A DNA stretch of 57,470 nucleotides from Klebsormidium nitens. Lineage: Eukaryota; Plantae; Klebsormidiophyceae. Within the stretch, counting starts at the first letter, position 1, and each line of letters opens with the position of its first letter. Positions 1 to 13,100 of this stretch are shown here, one piece after another. Below the pieces are notes generated by a model. It was not told the origin of the DNA and made no database searches. It worked only from the letters and a program-made list of their open reading frames with translations. A program made the translations under genes and the position numbers. The stretch lies in assembly GCA_000708835.1 (NCBI GenBank), contig DF237521.1:1-57470 (forward strand). The letters run 5' to 3'.

Positions 1-1305
1 CTACGACTCTAACTACTGGTGGTCTTCATCGTCGCCGTCGACGCCTGAACGCCACCCAAATATCTTCTCGGTCGCCGGCCGCCGCGCGAAACTCCTTCCG
101 CGCGCGCGCGGGCTCGCGTACAGCAGGGGATGACGAAGTGGCACTGTCCGCGAGGGGGTGACTCTTGGGCAGCACACGTAACGCAGTCTGGACGGTCAGT
201 CTGTCTTGTATATTATCTATTATCTTAAAAGCGTTACCTCCGGCCGGGGGGGTTCCGACACTACAGATACAATACATATATACCTGATGTACCTACCGGT
301 AAACAGATCCCGACAGATACTCATAACATTCGGTTCAGCATCAGATCGTCACTGCTAAAATACTGGTTGTTGAACAGAATTGAGAGAAGCTTCCGGAACA
401 GCATGGATAGCGCCTGGCCCCGGCATGAAAAAAATTAGGCCGGCTGCATGCGGCTAGTTACATCGCTCGAGTTACCTTTGATTCGCATCTAGCGCGTATG
501 TAGCGGTTCTGCGGTAACCCCCGGGGGTTGCGTAAGTCAGGATATTGCTTGATTACCTATTGACCAATGGCATGTTGTGAACTTGAACAGACGGACAGGT
601 CACATGGCACGTGATGCTAGTCACGCGGGTCTTGTATTTTACTCTGCATTATGCACCTGCCGTGAGTCGTGGACTCGTGGTCATTTTCGCAGTTCCGCTC
701 CGTCGTTTTCATCAGTCCATGTGCCGGAGCAGAGCAGAACGGAACGCCAAAGGCCAGCGGTGACCTGGCACCAGCTCAAACTTGTCTAACCAACCCGTTT
801 CGAACCGTGTTGGTCAAACCGAGAAGGCAGGTGGCAGGTGCCGCTTTCGAGTACGCGTACGTACGTAGATTTCTTGCAGCGGAGGTGTCATTCACGAGCA
901 TTGATTCACAACCAGTACGCGCAGGCAAAAAGTCACGACTGTGTCAAGACTCAAACCACGAAACGACGTGCCTCTGACGGTTTTCAATCCGTGCCATTGA
1001 CAATCACCGTCAGCATGAAAACCAGGAGTCGGGTTAGCCTAACCGTTAGGTACGTTATCTGCTCTTCTCGTCAGAAGTCAGGCCCAGCAATCCTTGTTTC
1101 TGCGCTACGTTGTTGAAACCATTCACAACTTGCGAGGCGCATTGGAATTTGGGCGCATTGGAATATGGATGCACATGGGTGCAACATTCAAGGTGGCATG
1201 CAGAGATACTAGATAGTACAGGCTTGCGTGGAGCAGAGCAAATAGCAATGCAGCAGCTACTTGTAGGGGCGTAAGAATCTTCAAAGACCTCTGGTTCCAC
1301 AGCAA

Positions 1306-4300
1306 ATGGCGCGCGAAAGGGCTGTCCTGGTGCTCAATGCTGGCAGTTCGTCCCTCAAGTGAGATGCCAATCAATCTCGGCTGTATAGTGGATAGTGCAT
1401 GTCTGGTTCGATTGCAAGGGTGGTTTTGCAGTCTTGTGAATTGGTTCTGTCGTCAAGGATTCAGCAGATTGCCAACTAAATATGGTCACAACCACTCCCC
1501 ATCTGGTTTGGAACAGGCAAACCCTTAGGATCAGGGAGGCATTCAAGTGCTTCCTGAACATGGACAATGACATTTGGCTCCACGATTGAGTGCAGGTATG
1601 CCATATACAATTTCCTGAAGGAAGGGACCATTAAAAGGACAGTGCAGGGTCTGGTAAGAGGTCGCTGACATCCCTGCTCATATTGTACCGGTTGGACAAC
1701 AAGGTTTCTCTGTATCAAATAGCTGCCTGAAAGGAGAATTGAGACATGCATCTGAGAACATTGCTGCTCCTGCCACGCAAATGACGAGGGGCAGGTTCAG
1801 GCATGTTCAGCATTTGCCATATCTACCTATCCCTTGTTAAGAGTCTACAACTTGCAGAGTGGTTATTCTTAGTACAGGCGACTACAAGCTGGCTTCACAA
1901 CTTCACCCCCACTCCTTCAGGAAAACTGGGACTCAGCTCAATGAAATTTCAATGTGTTCCAGCATGCCTTCGCCCAGAGAAAACGACAGAGGAAGAAATT
2001 TGTCAAACAGGTGGAGCAGAATGGCACCAGCAGGCGCTCCGTCAGCGAATGACCTTCAGCTAAACTGGGACTCAGCTCAATGGACTGTCAATGTGTTCCA
2101 GCATGCTTTGTTCCAGAGGAATCGACTGAGGAAGTGATCTGTCAAACAGGTGGAGCAGATTGGCACCAGTAGGAGCTCCATCAGCCACCACTCGCTGACT
2201 GGAGCCCCAATCCCGGGAGCTGATGCTGCTGGCAGTGTCAAGCTGGCTACCGAGCTCGCAGATCACAAGGTTGCGCTGCAGAAGGCCACAGAGTACATGC
2301 ACCATGAAGCGAACCTGTAAGTTCACTTTCTGCGGCCTGGTCTTTGGTGGCGAATGAGATTAAAGCAGAAGAAGCTGAGGAGAAAAGTCTTCCTGTCGTC
2401 TCCTACAGTCTTGGCGAATTTCGATTCAGGGTGCCTGAGTAGGCAAATAAGGTGGGGCAAAGAGTCCATCTTGACCAGCACTCTTTGCAATCCATTCTGC
2501 ATGTACACTCTGTCCCTCAAGCCAAGACTTCATACGATTTCAGTTGAGACACACGTCATGCGCAAACCAGAAGTAATCTTGGACGCACTGGATCGAGCCA
2601 TCGATTATTGTTTTGTCGGAGACATCTGCGCTGGAACCGTAACAGTCTCTCACCTGAGGAAAGTATCACAATAAACTGACACATGGTCTCTTCTGCAGCC
2701 ACATTGCTGGCGTTGGTCATCGCGTTGTGCACGGAGGCGAGTCGCTGACCGCCTCCACTCTGATCGACAAGCGAGTCAAAGGGCTCATCCAGGAACACAG
2801 CGCTCTCGCACCCCTCCACAATCCGCCAAACCTGGTCGGCATCGAAGTCGCCGAGCAGCTGTTTCCAGTTCCCCAGGTCCGCCTCTTGCTCGTCTTCGAA
2901 GGTCTGTGCACAGAGGTGTCAACTGCCGTGCCGAAATGAAAAATGTTAGCTGTGCTTATTCTCTCTTGATCCCGAAGCACGCGTCTCATCTCTCAATTGC
3001 CATGGGCCTAGCCCTTTAAATAAAGTTCTCGAAGTTGCCCACTCGCAGCCTCTTGTGTTCAACAAGCCCTGTGCGAAGCCGCTTGTTGCAGAGACTCGCC
3101 TGCTGGAATTTTAGACCTCGAAAGAGATTAGCCCCCATCTAAGCGGACTGAGGTCTGGGCAAAGGCTTACTTGACACCTGGGCATCATCTCGTGACTGTC
3201 GCTCGACACCTTCCGGACCTCCGTAGCCGATTCTCATTTCGACCAAAGACTTTTTCCACTTCGACCGAAGTGTACAGAGATGTCATCGCTGGCCCCGAAT
3301 CTGATGGTGCGGATTACCGAGGGCCCCCCAGGACTAAAATCGAAAAAGTGGCCGTAAGTTTGAGACTTTCTTGACGCCCCAAAAACGCTTCGATCCCCCA
3401 TCCCCAGGTCGCCGTCTTTGACACCAGCTTCCACTCCACCATGCCTGAAGAGGCCTACACATACGGCCTTCCCTTCTCCCTCTACAAAGAGCTCGGCATC
3501 CGGCGTTACGGTTTCCACGGCACCAGTTACCTGTACCTTACCAGGGAGACCGCGCGACTGCTGAACAAGCCCCCCGAAAAGTTGAACGCCATCATGTTTC
3601 ATATTGGGGCGGGCGCGAGCGTTGCGGCGATCAAGGGCGGCGAGAGCGTGGACACGTCCATGGGGGTGACACCGCTCGAGGGGCTCGTAATGGCAACCAG
3701 GTGAGAGACTTTGATTTGGTGTCAAAGGTCCCTAATCGAGGTCTGCAGAGGGAAGCGAGGATGGGGGGGGAGGTACTTTTGCGACGAGGTTCCTCGTTCT
3801 GGCGTGTCAGAGCAAAAATCTCCGGCTTGGAGATCTTTCTGAGCAGTTGACCCAGTGAAGACGACTCAAGTTTTTCCAAAAGGTCTTTGGGCTTGGAAGC
3901 ACTGCAGAGGTTCGTGATGGTGACCCTTTGGTGCAGTAAGGCCGAGACGCTTATTGACGGAATTTTGCGAGCGCCTTTAAATGTCAATTTACAGGTCAAC
4001 TTAATCCTCGAAGTCATTGCTACTGTGGCTGTGTAGCCGAATGCCAACATCTGCTTCGAGGAGTTACTCTCCACTATCAAGCCTGTTGTAAGAATTCACA
4101 CTTTCTGTCGAACAACGAGCCTCCGACCCTGCCCCAGGTGTGGAGACGTGGACCCCAGTCTGGTGAAGATCCTGAAGGACCACAAAGGGCTCTCCCCGGA
4201 TGACGTCGACACCCTGATGAACAAGAAGAGCGGCCTCTTAGGTAAGCAGAAATGAAGATTCTCCTAGGAGCGGGGAGCGGGATCCTCCTAAATGGACGCC

Positions 4301-6258
4301 GCATCCTGTCGACTCTTGGCCGATGCATTCCCGATTTGTGAGTGCAGAGCAGAGTACAGCAGAGCGTATTCTGCGGTTTAGACCTTCGAACTTGTCTAGA
4401 AACGATGCTCGATATCTTCGAGGAAATCTTTGACTTCTTACCAGAGTCCCGTGTTCCGTACCCTGAAAGATGCCCTTCACTTCTCTATTACCTAAGAAGC
4501 TGCAGGTTTTCTTTTTGTCCGTTTGAAGGGTCCCGAACGGTTCCGAAGCGTTGTCTACCATGACTATCTGCGGGAATCTCCATCGTATCCCAACGGTTGA
4601 CGTCCTTCGGAAGCAAGCACGAGCAGTTCGCAGGTGCCCACTTTTGCCTGTGCTTGCAAATTTCCCGACGTCCCCGTTATTGAAGCAAACCCCCGCAGGA
4701 CTGACCGGGACGAGTGACATGAGAACGGTGGTGGAGAGAGCGGCAGCAGGCGACGCTCAAGCGGGGCTCGGACTCAAGGTTAGAATCACCAACGGCCGTG
4801 CAATCCGTATTCCTACCACAATCATTTGCAATCGCTGCATTGGAATATGTATTGACTGCTGACGAATACTTGCGCTGACCTCTTTAAAGAGAGGGACCGA
4901 ATCTGGCCGCCGTAATCTAGCCTTGACATGCCAGGGCTCTGAGATTCCACTCTACGCCTGCGCTGTCAAGCTTTGGGCGAGAGATTGCAGACTGAAGCGC
5001 AGACGTCAGGATCCGTTCTGGTCATTCTGCTCTCATCAAAGTGGCGGAAGCGACTCTTGTTTTCACTGTCCTTGCCCAGCGTTTCCAAGTTTTTCAAAGA
5101 TCTCGTTACTGTTGCTTGCAAAAGCGTAGACGAAGGGGAGCTCAGCATCCGCCACGTGTGCACAGGTTTGGGTTCACCGGGCAAGGAAGTACCTGGGCGC
5201 ATACCTGGTGCATTTGCGAGGCGACGTAGACGCGATCGTATTCAGCGCTGGGATCGGCGAGCGGTCCGTGGTCGTGCGGCAAATGATCTGCGAGGGGTTG
5301 GAGCGGTTCGGGATTGAGATCGACAACGCCAAGAACGAGGACGTGAAGAAGAAGGGCGGGGACATCTCCAAAGACGGCTCGCGTATCAAGGTAATCGAAG
5401 AAGTTTCTGTTGCGGTGTAAACGAGAAAATGAGCGATCGTGTGGTAGATAGACTGCTGTGGCCGAACCGGATTACGAATCATGCGTTTTGAGGAGATCCA
5501 GTTTGTGAAGATTTGTGTCCCGGTAGTCCCGGACCTCCTGTGTCAACTGTGACCGCTCACAATGGTCTTGTATAGCATTCGCAACCGCAACGAGAAATTT
5601 GGACTGAAGAGTAGCCGCTCACTTTCAGCAATCTTGTGGTCCAAAGGCTCCGAATCAAGAATCGGGGTCTAACAAAGTCCAACATCTATAGTCACAGAAA
5701 GCTTGAATGGTCTCCAGAAATACGGCAATCCATCAGTTCGGGCGATGCACTCTTGTTGAAGAGGCCGGATTGCACTCGTTTGGGCTGTCAAGACGATTGT
5801 GGACTCTAGTCAAGTCGGCCCTTCTGGATATGCGGAATTCGTGTTGTCAGCATTCGCTTCCTCTTTACCTTGCTCTCTGGATGGGCTTTGCATTCCCGAG
5901 GCTGCGAGATTCAAGTCCGGCAGCAACCGTGCATTACTGTGCGTGTTTGTAGAGAGAACACTAGTTGCTGCTTACCTTATATCCGGCTTGGATAAAAAGG
6001 AAGCCCACACCAAGTAAGGGCAAGCATAACGTTCTTGCTTGTATGAGCTTATCTCGAGGTCTGCAGCAAAAGCGAGTTTGGAGTGAGGACTTTAGCAGTT
6101 GATAATGTTTCTGTGAGGCTGTCTCCTTGCAATCAAAGAGTTTCACATCCTCTTTGATGAAGGCATCTTTTTCGCGTTCGCAGGTTCTGGTTGTTCCCAC
6201 TGACGAAGAGTTGTGCATAGCCCAAGAAACAATCAGAGTAATTGACACAGTAGGTTGA
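1306..6258 (+). CDS. ackA: Acetate kinase, 9 exons (1306-1358, 1596-1653, 2150-2316, 2699-2876, 3408-3700, 4138-4241, 4699-4778, 5166-5390, 6184-6258), 410 aa
   Basis: All introns are GT-AG and the exons join in frame (1233 nt). Acetate kinase motifs present: [93 protein letters not shown]. An extra N-terminal exon is possible (acceptor AG at 1265-1266 gives a 13-codon open in-frame extension). Confidence 0.95.
1917..2196 (+). repeat. Tandem duplication (~139 bp) of the intron 2 / exon 3 junction of ackA
   Basis: aaactgggactcagctcaatg...tgtcaaacag|gtggagcaga occurs twice. The upstream copy starts at 2011 and reads [13 protein letters not shown] (TGA 2050-2052). The downstream copy starts at 2150 and is the real exon. 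Confidence 0.9.
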
Positions 6259-7736
6259 TAACGTCGGCGTCAGAAGGGTTGTTAGTCACAGAAATGGTAG
6301 TATACCTGTAAACTATAGCTGTAAACATGGCGACCAGAGGTAGCACGAGGCACGCGTCTGACGATGTTAGATGCACGCGTCTGACGAGTTTAGATGTCAT
6401 GTAGGTTTTCCCAGCCCATCGTCAACTTCGCAGGCCGCCCGCAAAGTATCAGCGGTCCCAGTATGAGAGAACATAGTAATAGTGTGTATGGTTTGGTCCT
6501 GATATCGAAGCGAACCTTCAATTACAGTCAACTAACTGTGCATTCAAACGATAAATGAAGGCATCCGACCACCGTGAATCATCACTAAAAAGCCTTTGAT
6601 TTCTACGTTGGACTTCAGAAACTAGATCCTCGTATCGTGGTTTTTCAAATCAAACACGCGCTGTAGCTAAACAGGCATAATAGGCTCCTTCAATGGCATA
6701 CAAACGTTTAGGAGTAACCGTTAAAGTACGTTATGCGGCGTGACAGCTAATTGAATGTCATCTATTTAAGTTCCTATCAGTTAGTGACCCGGCGGGCTTG
6801 CAAGAGCTATATCCGAGATCATGCATGAAGCTGACTGGCTTCAACTTGTTCCCACATGACGTACTGGCTTCCAATGCATGGCTCGAGTTACTGGCAGGCG
6901 ACCAGGCCAGCTAAGTTCGCTTCAGGGCGGCCTCGATCGTAAAGGACCCGGGGGCGGCTGCACCGTGTAGAGTCCGGATCAAGTCAGTGCAATTAAAACG
7001 GCCTATAAGACGGCCCTAAAATTTCCTGTACAAAAGGTTGATAAATGTAATGATCGCAAGTTGCACATGTATGGCCCAACATGCGCGCTTTGTCGGCTAA
7101 TGACTCGCGGGCCCGGCCAATGATGCGTGCCAGTTAAGAACATGGCGAGAACTCGCTGGCATGCTGCTTGAGCCATTATTTCGATTTAACCTATGCCTAG
7201 ATTTGAAAGAGCTTATATGATGATATGTTGGGATAACAAATACTGCATGCAGCGCGCGTTGCAATCATGTGGCCACAATGAAATGATGTTAAGAGCAGCT
7301 CGACCATCATTGCGAGCAGGATCATTGCGTCCGGACAGGCACGTTGACTTTGTCGAGAGAAGTCAAGAGCTGAATTCAAATTCAGCTTGCCAAAAGATTG
7401 ATATAGATCACTTCCATAATTATACCTTATACCTTTAACACAGCCGATATGCGAGGAAGGGGATATGTCCCTGCCGTTCTCGTCCTCTTCAAAACACGGA
7501 TTTTCGAGAGACCCTGGTATACTTAAGCTGCCAAAGCTCGCCCTAAAACGAAAGCAGAACACCGACCTTACTCACCAACCGCGGTTGAGTACTGCAGTGA
7601 AACATCCGTCAAACATCGAAGAAGAATTGCACTTTCCGGATGAGCTTTGCTTTTGCTCGGACGTTCCCCTACTTTCGACAATCTTTTCCCCCAGAAGCCT
7701 TTGCACCACCTGATGCATTCCACTTTACTCTGCATA

Positions 7737-8825
7737 TCAACCGTTCTCCATACTTTGCAACGCTTCCCCTTCTCGCTGCTCTTGACTCCCGTTCACACAG
7801 CCTTGCCCATTTTCACCCCCTTGCCCATTCACACCCCCTGGCTCTTGCCCATATTTGCCATCGAGCCTGTCAACATCTTCTTGCAGATCGACGTTCTCAT
7901 GCCCGTCTGCTTCTTGCACATTGGTCGAAATCTCAGGCGCGTTCCCCATTTCGTGGTCGTTCGCACCAGTCTGCACATTTAAACTTGCTACCCCAGTCAC
8001 AGGCTCCTGCCTATTCACACCTTCCACAAATGGGGTCCCCACCCCTCCTTCCCCCTCCTTCCGCCTCCCCTCCCCTCCCTCCCCTCCTTCCCCCTCCCTG
8101 TGTGCCACCCCCCCGGTGTTCAGTGTCCACACCTTGGGCGCAATATCCATCCGTCCGGCAGGGGGGTGTAGATCAGGCCTGAAAACCACCCCCCTAAACG
8201 CCTGCCGCTTCTCTCCCACACGCAGCGTCACAAAATACCCCACGTCAAACATGCCGTCGATCATCCCAGAAACGGGGGTCCCGATGAGTGCCGCGGCAGG
8301 GCTTCCATCGCCCCCCGTTGCATCAACGTGCTGCCCCGGTTTACTTCTCTTGGGTTTGACTAATCCCGGCAAGTGCTGTAGCAGTGTCTCCTTGTCTTCC
8401 GGCTTGCTCTGCTTCAGCGCGAGCGCCAACAGGTCCACCTCGTTCTTTCGCTTCTTCTTTTTAGCCTTCCCCTGAGCTTCTTTCACCGCCCCCAGTTGCA
8501 GCAACTCCTCTCGCTCCTTCTGAGCCTGCTGTACGAACTCATTGCGCTCGTCGTCCGCAAGCTTTGCCCACTTCTTCCCAATCAGGCGCTCAATGTCATA
8601 GCCGGTCTTCCCCGGATTCTGGTCCTTCGTCTCCTTTCGCACCTTAGCGGCGTACAGGTTGAATGCACGCAGGTTTACAGACTTGCGACTAACTGGTGGC
8701 TGTGCAGAGTCCGTTGCCCTCTGGTCTGGGGAAGCCGCCTTTGATTTCCTGTCCGCTTGGGACTGAGCAACCCCATTGGCGGCTGCGCCCGCAGAGGGAC
8801 TCACTTCTGGCGGAGAAGAATCCAT
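7737..8825 (-). CDS. Single-exon HMG-box protein (362 aa) carrying the plant GxIDGxFDxGY motif
   Basis: HMG-box-like segment AFNLYAAKVRKETKDQNPG...IERLIGKKWAKLADDERNEFVQQAQKERE, basic KKKKRK stretch, then GTPVSGMIDGMFDVGYFVTLRVGEKRQAFRGVVF. An in-frame TGA lies immediately before the ATG. Confidence 0.85.
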   Translation of the reverse strand: MDSSPPEVSPSAGAAANGVAQSQADRKSKAASPDQRATDSAQPPVSRKSVNLRAFNLYAAKVRKETKDQNPGKTGYDIERLIGKKWAKLADDERNEFVQQAQKEREELLQLGAVKEAQGKAKKKKRKNEVDLLALALKQSKPEDKETLLQHLPGLVKPKRSKPGQHVDATGGDGSPAAALIGTPVSGMIDGMFDVGYFVTLRVGEKRQAFRGVVFRPDLHPPAGRMDIAPKVWTLNTGGVAHREGEGGEGGEGRRKEGEGGVGTPFVEGVNRQEPVTGVASLNVQTGANDHEMGNAPEISTNVQEADGHENVDLQEDVDRLDGKYGQEPGGVNGQGGENGQGCVNGSQEQREGEALQSMENG

Positions 8826-10102
8826 TCAAGCAGCAATGATATCTTGTGAGGCAGTAAAAGCTCTTTTAATATCAGCGCAACGAGGATTACGCTTCTTGCA
8901 TTCTCTGTACAAATTCTGCAGGAAGGCAGTCAGCTGTTCGTGTCAGCCACCATTCACAGTGTCAGCTTTTCTAAGATATGTATCCTAGTACCCAGTAAAA
9001 ACAGTCCTCTTCACTTGTCCCATGTGCTGCATTCAACAAGCTCCAGCTGCTCCACTACGCAGACGACGCGCTCCACTGGCACAGGCAACAGGCCAGCTAG
9101 GGCCCCGGGCAATGGGATACCGTAGCCTGATTTCGTATGGAACCCTAATACTCCAAACCCCAAACCTCGTGAAGGGGGGGCGGGGTCGCGTCGGCCGCGC
9201 GCGGCCGCGCGGGATTGTCAATCGAACCCTCAGTGACTAAAGACGGTTCAGTGACAATTGAGGTGCCGTGGCACTCACATCTACCTATCTTTGAGTTGCC
9301 TTGACCAACGACCATAGATCTTATTGATACTCTTATACTGCTATTCTGATTGAGATATTATATCCTTACCGTACCATGCACGCGCACGGGGCGGCCACCG
9401 ACTCAATTCGTCCGACCGGCGAGATTGATGCTCGCGTTAAATCTGCATGATTCAACGAATTGGACCATTCGATTCAGTACCTAAAAAGGTTTGGAAGATT
9501 CAGCCAGGGATGCAATTTGATCTAGATCTAGCTTTCCAAGCTTTAATAGGCCGTCTGCAGTAATTTGGAAAATGTAGCCGGTGCACTTACGCAGTCATTG
9601 GGACTGCGTGCATTGTCCCAATGACGTAAACGAATCTCATAGCTGGCATACTATATGGTCACTGCGTACAATTCTGATATAGTATCGTCGACCTTATGCG
9701 ATTTGAACATCCAGCTCAATCTGCCATTGGCGGCTGGCTGACCATGATTGAACTTAACTCTGCAGTGGAGATTCGTGAAACCGGAGCTCGCAGCGGTCTT
9801 CAAGGAAAACAATGTTGATTCAAATGTATTTATCTATCGACTGCAGTTTTACGCTATACTCCAATGTCACGTTCAATATTGCTGCAGAAAACATGTCATT
9901 CAAGCCGCTATACAAGCTAAACTCGAGACTGGAAGGTCCAACATCTTTGTGCGATTGAGCGAACCACCACAAAAACCCAGGGAAAACTCACCTGCACCAT
10001 TTAAATCGGCCAAATGTAAACTCTATCCACTATGGAAGTCGGGCATATCAGGTGTCTCCTGGTCAATGTCGCGTTGCTCAATTTCAACTGGAGCTTATCA
10101 CT

Positions 10103-13100
10103 CTATATATTATCAGCGACCGTGGCATAGGGGTTCACAATTGGGGCTCCTCGAGGAGTCCTCGTGATCTCAGCGGACGCATCAAAGTCCACCAGAAACT
10201 CGTCAACCTCTCCCTGCAACACAAACACCTCCTTGTCAGCTCATGTGCTAAAAAATAGCCCCTGGCGCCTGAGCACCCAAGCTGTAGGAAAAGCGTCCAT
10301 CTCTGCATCTGACTTCAAGACATGCAAAGCTTCGCGTTCCAGATCTTCACGTTATTGAACGCTCCTATACAGATTCGGCCAGTCCTACTTACTCAACCCC
10401 TGACATGGGTGCGCTGGATGCGATGACTGGTCACAAGCAGCAAAGTCGCGTTTCCGTATCGAAGCAGCAAGTTGACGTCGGCCACCTACAACAAGGCCGC
10501 AACGTTTGCGCTTCTGTACTTTCACGGCAACGAACATAGAGAGCGTTTTCACACCTTCCCCTGGCGCAGCAGCAACGGTGTAGCCCCCGTCATGTCCACG
10601 ACAGTCGAAGGGGTGGCCATGCGCTGCCCGCCGTCCACCACAAAATCCACACCCTGGACGTCGACAGAAAAGCGGGTTTGATCTGCTTCTCGGGCCTCTT
10701 AACCCCGCACCCAAGATATCATTTTCGGGGGAGTGTTCGAAAATTCGGACACGGGCGGGGAATATAGTGTATCGTCGAGAACCATAGACTTCGAACATGA
10801 TGAACTGCAGACTGGCCGTGCAACATCTCAGATGCGAGGCTAAGCTGCCCAAGCTTGCATACGATACCTCCACGAGCGGTCTCCACAACCCCTGTCCGAC
10901 CTGGCCCTCATACTAGTTGCATTCTGCGGTAGATCATAGCAACTTAGACATTTCGAATTCGACGCCAGAAGACACCGGCTTGATCGATCTGGGGAGTATC
11001 AATTAGAACCCCGCCTTTTAATCTGTGGTATAAGGACGCCCCGCCCCTCGGCACCCCCTAAAGAAACGGATTGCAGCTGCCAGGACGCCTTTCAGACTTG
11101 GGGTCGACGGGAAGATCGGCCACTTGAAGTTCACCGGAACCTCTAGCGTAGCAGCTTTCGAACCGAGTCCGATCCACATATCGGATTTTGAGTGGACTTG
11201 CCACAATGATTGCGAGCTGCCACGATGACAACCTCTTGAATAGTAACGCACTGCGCTTCTTCCTAGAGGTGACCACAGGTGCGCGTACCTTTTCGCCATT
11301 TTTGGTCAGTTTGTACTCGTCGGCTATGTACACGGGGTCCAGCATCCACTCCTCCTCGCTCTTAGTGCGCACGCTGGGAAACGCGGCCCGAGATGTCAAT
11401 AGAAAGGCAAATTGAACGGCATCGCATTTCGTCATTTGACCGGAATTGAAGGCCCGTTTATCTTTGCACCGCTCTCCCTTTATGCAAGATGGTGGCGAAG
11501 GCTCCTTTTTTGAGACTGCTCCAACGCCTCTCATCCGGGCTCATCTTGACTCTACGAACTTGGGATCGAACGGTGATTTTTAAGGCCCTTAAGTGTCGGG
11601 ATTTAAACCTGTCATGGCATGGGCCGCAGTGCGAGCAGAAGGACGGCAAAAACTAGACGCCACCTCGCACCTCTCTCGCTGGTTGCCACGGCTTTCCCAC
11701 CAGAAGCACATACGGATGCACATAGCGAACGAGAGCGGAAGTTGTCTGGTATACCGACGTTACATCAGACAAGCTCATACCAGCCACACAACCTCGGACC
11801 AGAAACGACTTCGCTTTGAGGTCTCGACACGAAACTGAGTAACATATACAGCGCTCCTTCTTTCCACTCTGCCAGCAGGCACATCTTGAACGTCGCCTCT
11901 TTGCAAGGGCAGTAAACGACTGCTTACCTCGTACAGAGAAGAGGCCGATCCAGCCGCTCGAGAAGGGCGGCGCAGATGGGGTCCGCTGGCATACGGACCC
12001 CGACGCTTTTGCGGGGGGCGCAAGAGGCCGCCAGGCTGCCGCCGAAGTTGGCGCACTGCTTCGGGAGGGCCTTGCTGGCCTTGAGGATGAAGGTGTACTG
12101 GGGAGAGCCGGAGCGACGGTCAGCGAAACAGGGCCTAGACAAACACCGGCCATGACGCATCAGTGAACAAGCTCTAGCCGGTCGTGCAATTCTGTAGGCG
12201 CCTACCAGGAGTCGAGTCACAACCTCAACAGCACATCCTTCTACGTTCGCTTAGTCCCTCTTCACTCGCTGTCTTCCACCCGATGTAAACCGCAGTCATT
12301 ACAGATGCTTTACGCCCTTTTGGCCGCTTAACTGTTTTCCCTACGAAATCTCACAAACAGACCAAGGCTTTAGCTGAATGCAACGCAAAGAGTCACCGTC
12401 CATTTCCAGGAAACAGCCTTCTAACGCCTGCCAATCGCAGAGGCGAAACGCTCGTCTCCGGTCGCGAGATCTCCTTTGGTGCCCTGACGCTCTCATGGAA
12501 AATCGGACGAGTTACTGAAGACTCACCGGGCCAGGCAGGTACTGCTTGACGACTTTGAAGACGTTGAAGGAACCCTGGCCGCTGCCTTTGGGAAAGCCCA
12601 GCGTGTATGTGTCGATGTCGGCAAAGTTGCGACACAAAATACTCAGGGGCTGCGGAAATGTACACACGAAGTTGTCTTTATACTTTCAATCGAGATGGTT
12701 GCCTGAAGCGGCACTCACTCAAATGGACGAGATGAGGCGGATTTCGTGGTCAAGCGACAGAGGCTGACCTCAGAAGCTCAAAGGATGAAGAAGGTTATCC
12801 ACTTCGACGTGGAATGTGCTCTCACAAAACCACAAATCCTAGAAGCGCTTGATGGTTGAAAGTGAGATAGATAAATACCGAGACTGGTTAGTACCTAGTA
12901 TGGTGCGCCTCGAAAAACCCCCTCTAACGTGGCAAGTAAGACTTGCGCATTACCATCTGGCAACAGAGCAAACATATGAAGTGTTCGGTTCAACAACCAG
13001 GAGGCGAGTGAAATTATTGCAACACGTGTTTTCTATGCAAGGATAGTATGAGAATGTCTGCTGATATGGCTCCACATGCGACTTACCTTCTTTGGGTCCA

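Noticed and set aside
26-277. 83-aa minus-strand ORF at the window start
   Set aside because: Lies in a GC-rich, promoter-like stretch; could be the first exon of a gene outside the window, but nothing here supports a call.
6352-6397. 23-bp direct repeat gcacgcgtctgacga..ttagat, two copies
   Set aside because: An isolated local duplication in the ackA 3' region with no further structure.
7640-8475. Plus-strand ORFs 7640-8182 and 7855-8475
   Set aside because: Antisense to the HMG-box CDS; low-complexity Pro/Ser translations.
8826-9030. Possible spliced uORF upstream of the HMG-box gene
   Set aside because: Depends on unverified splice sites and shows no recognisable conserved peptide.
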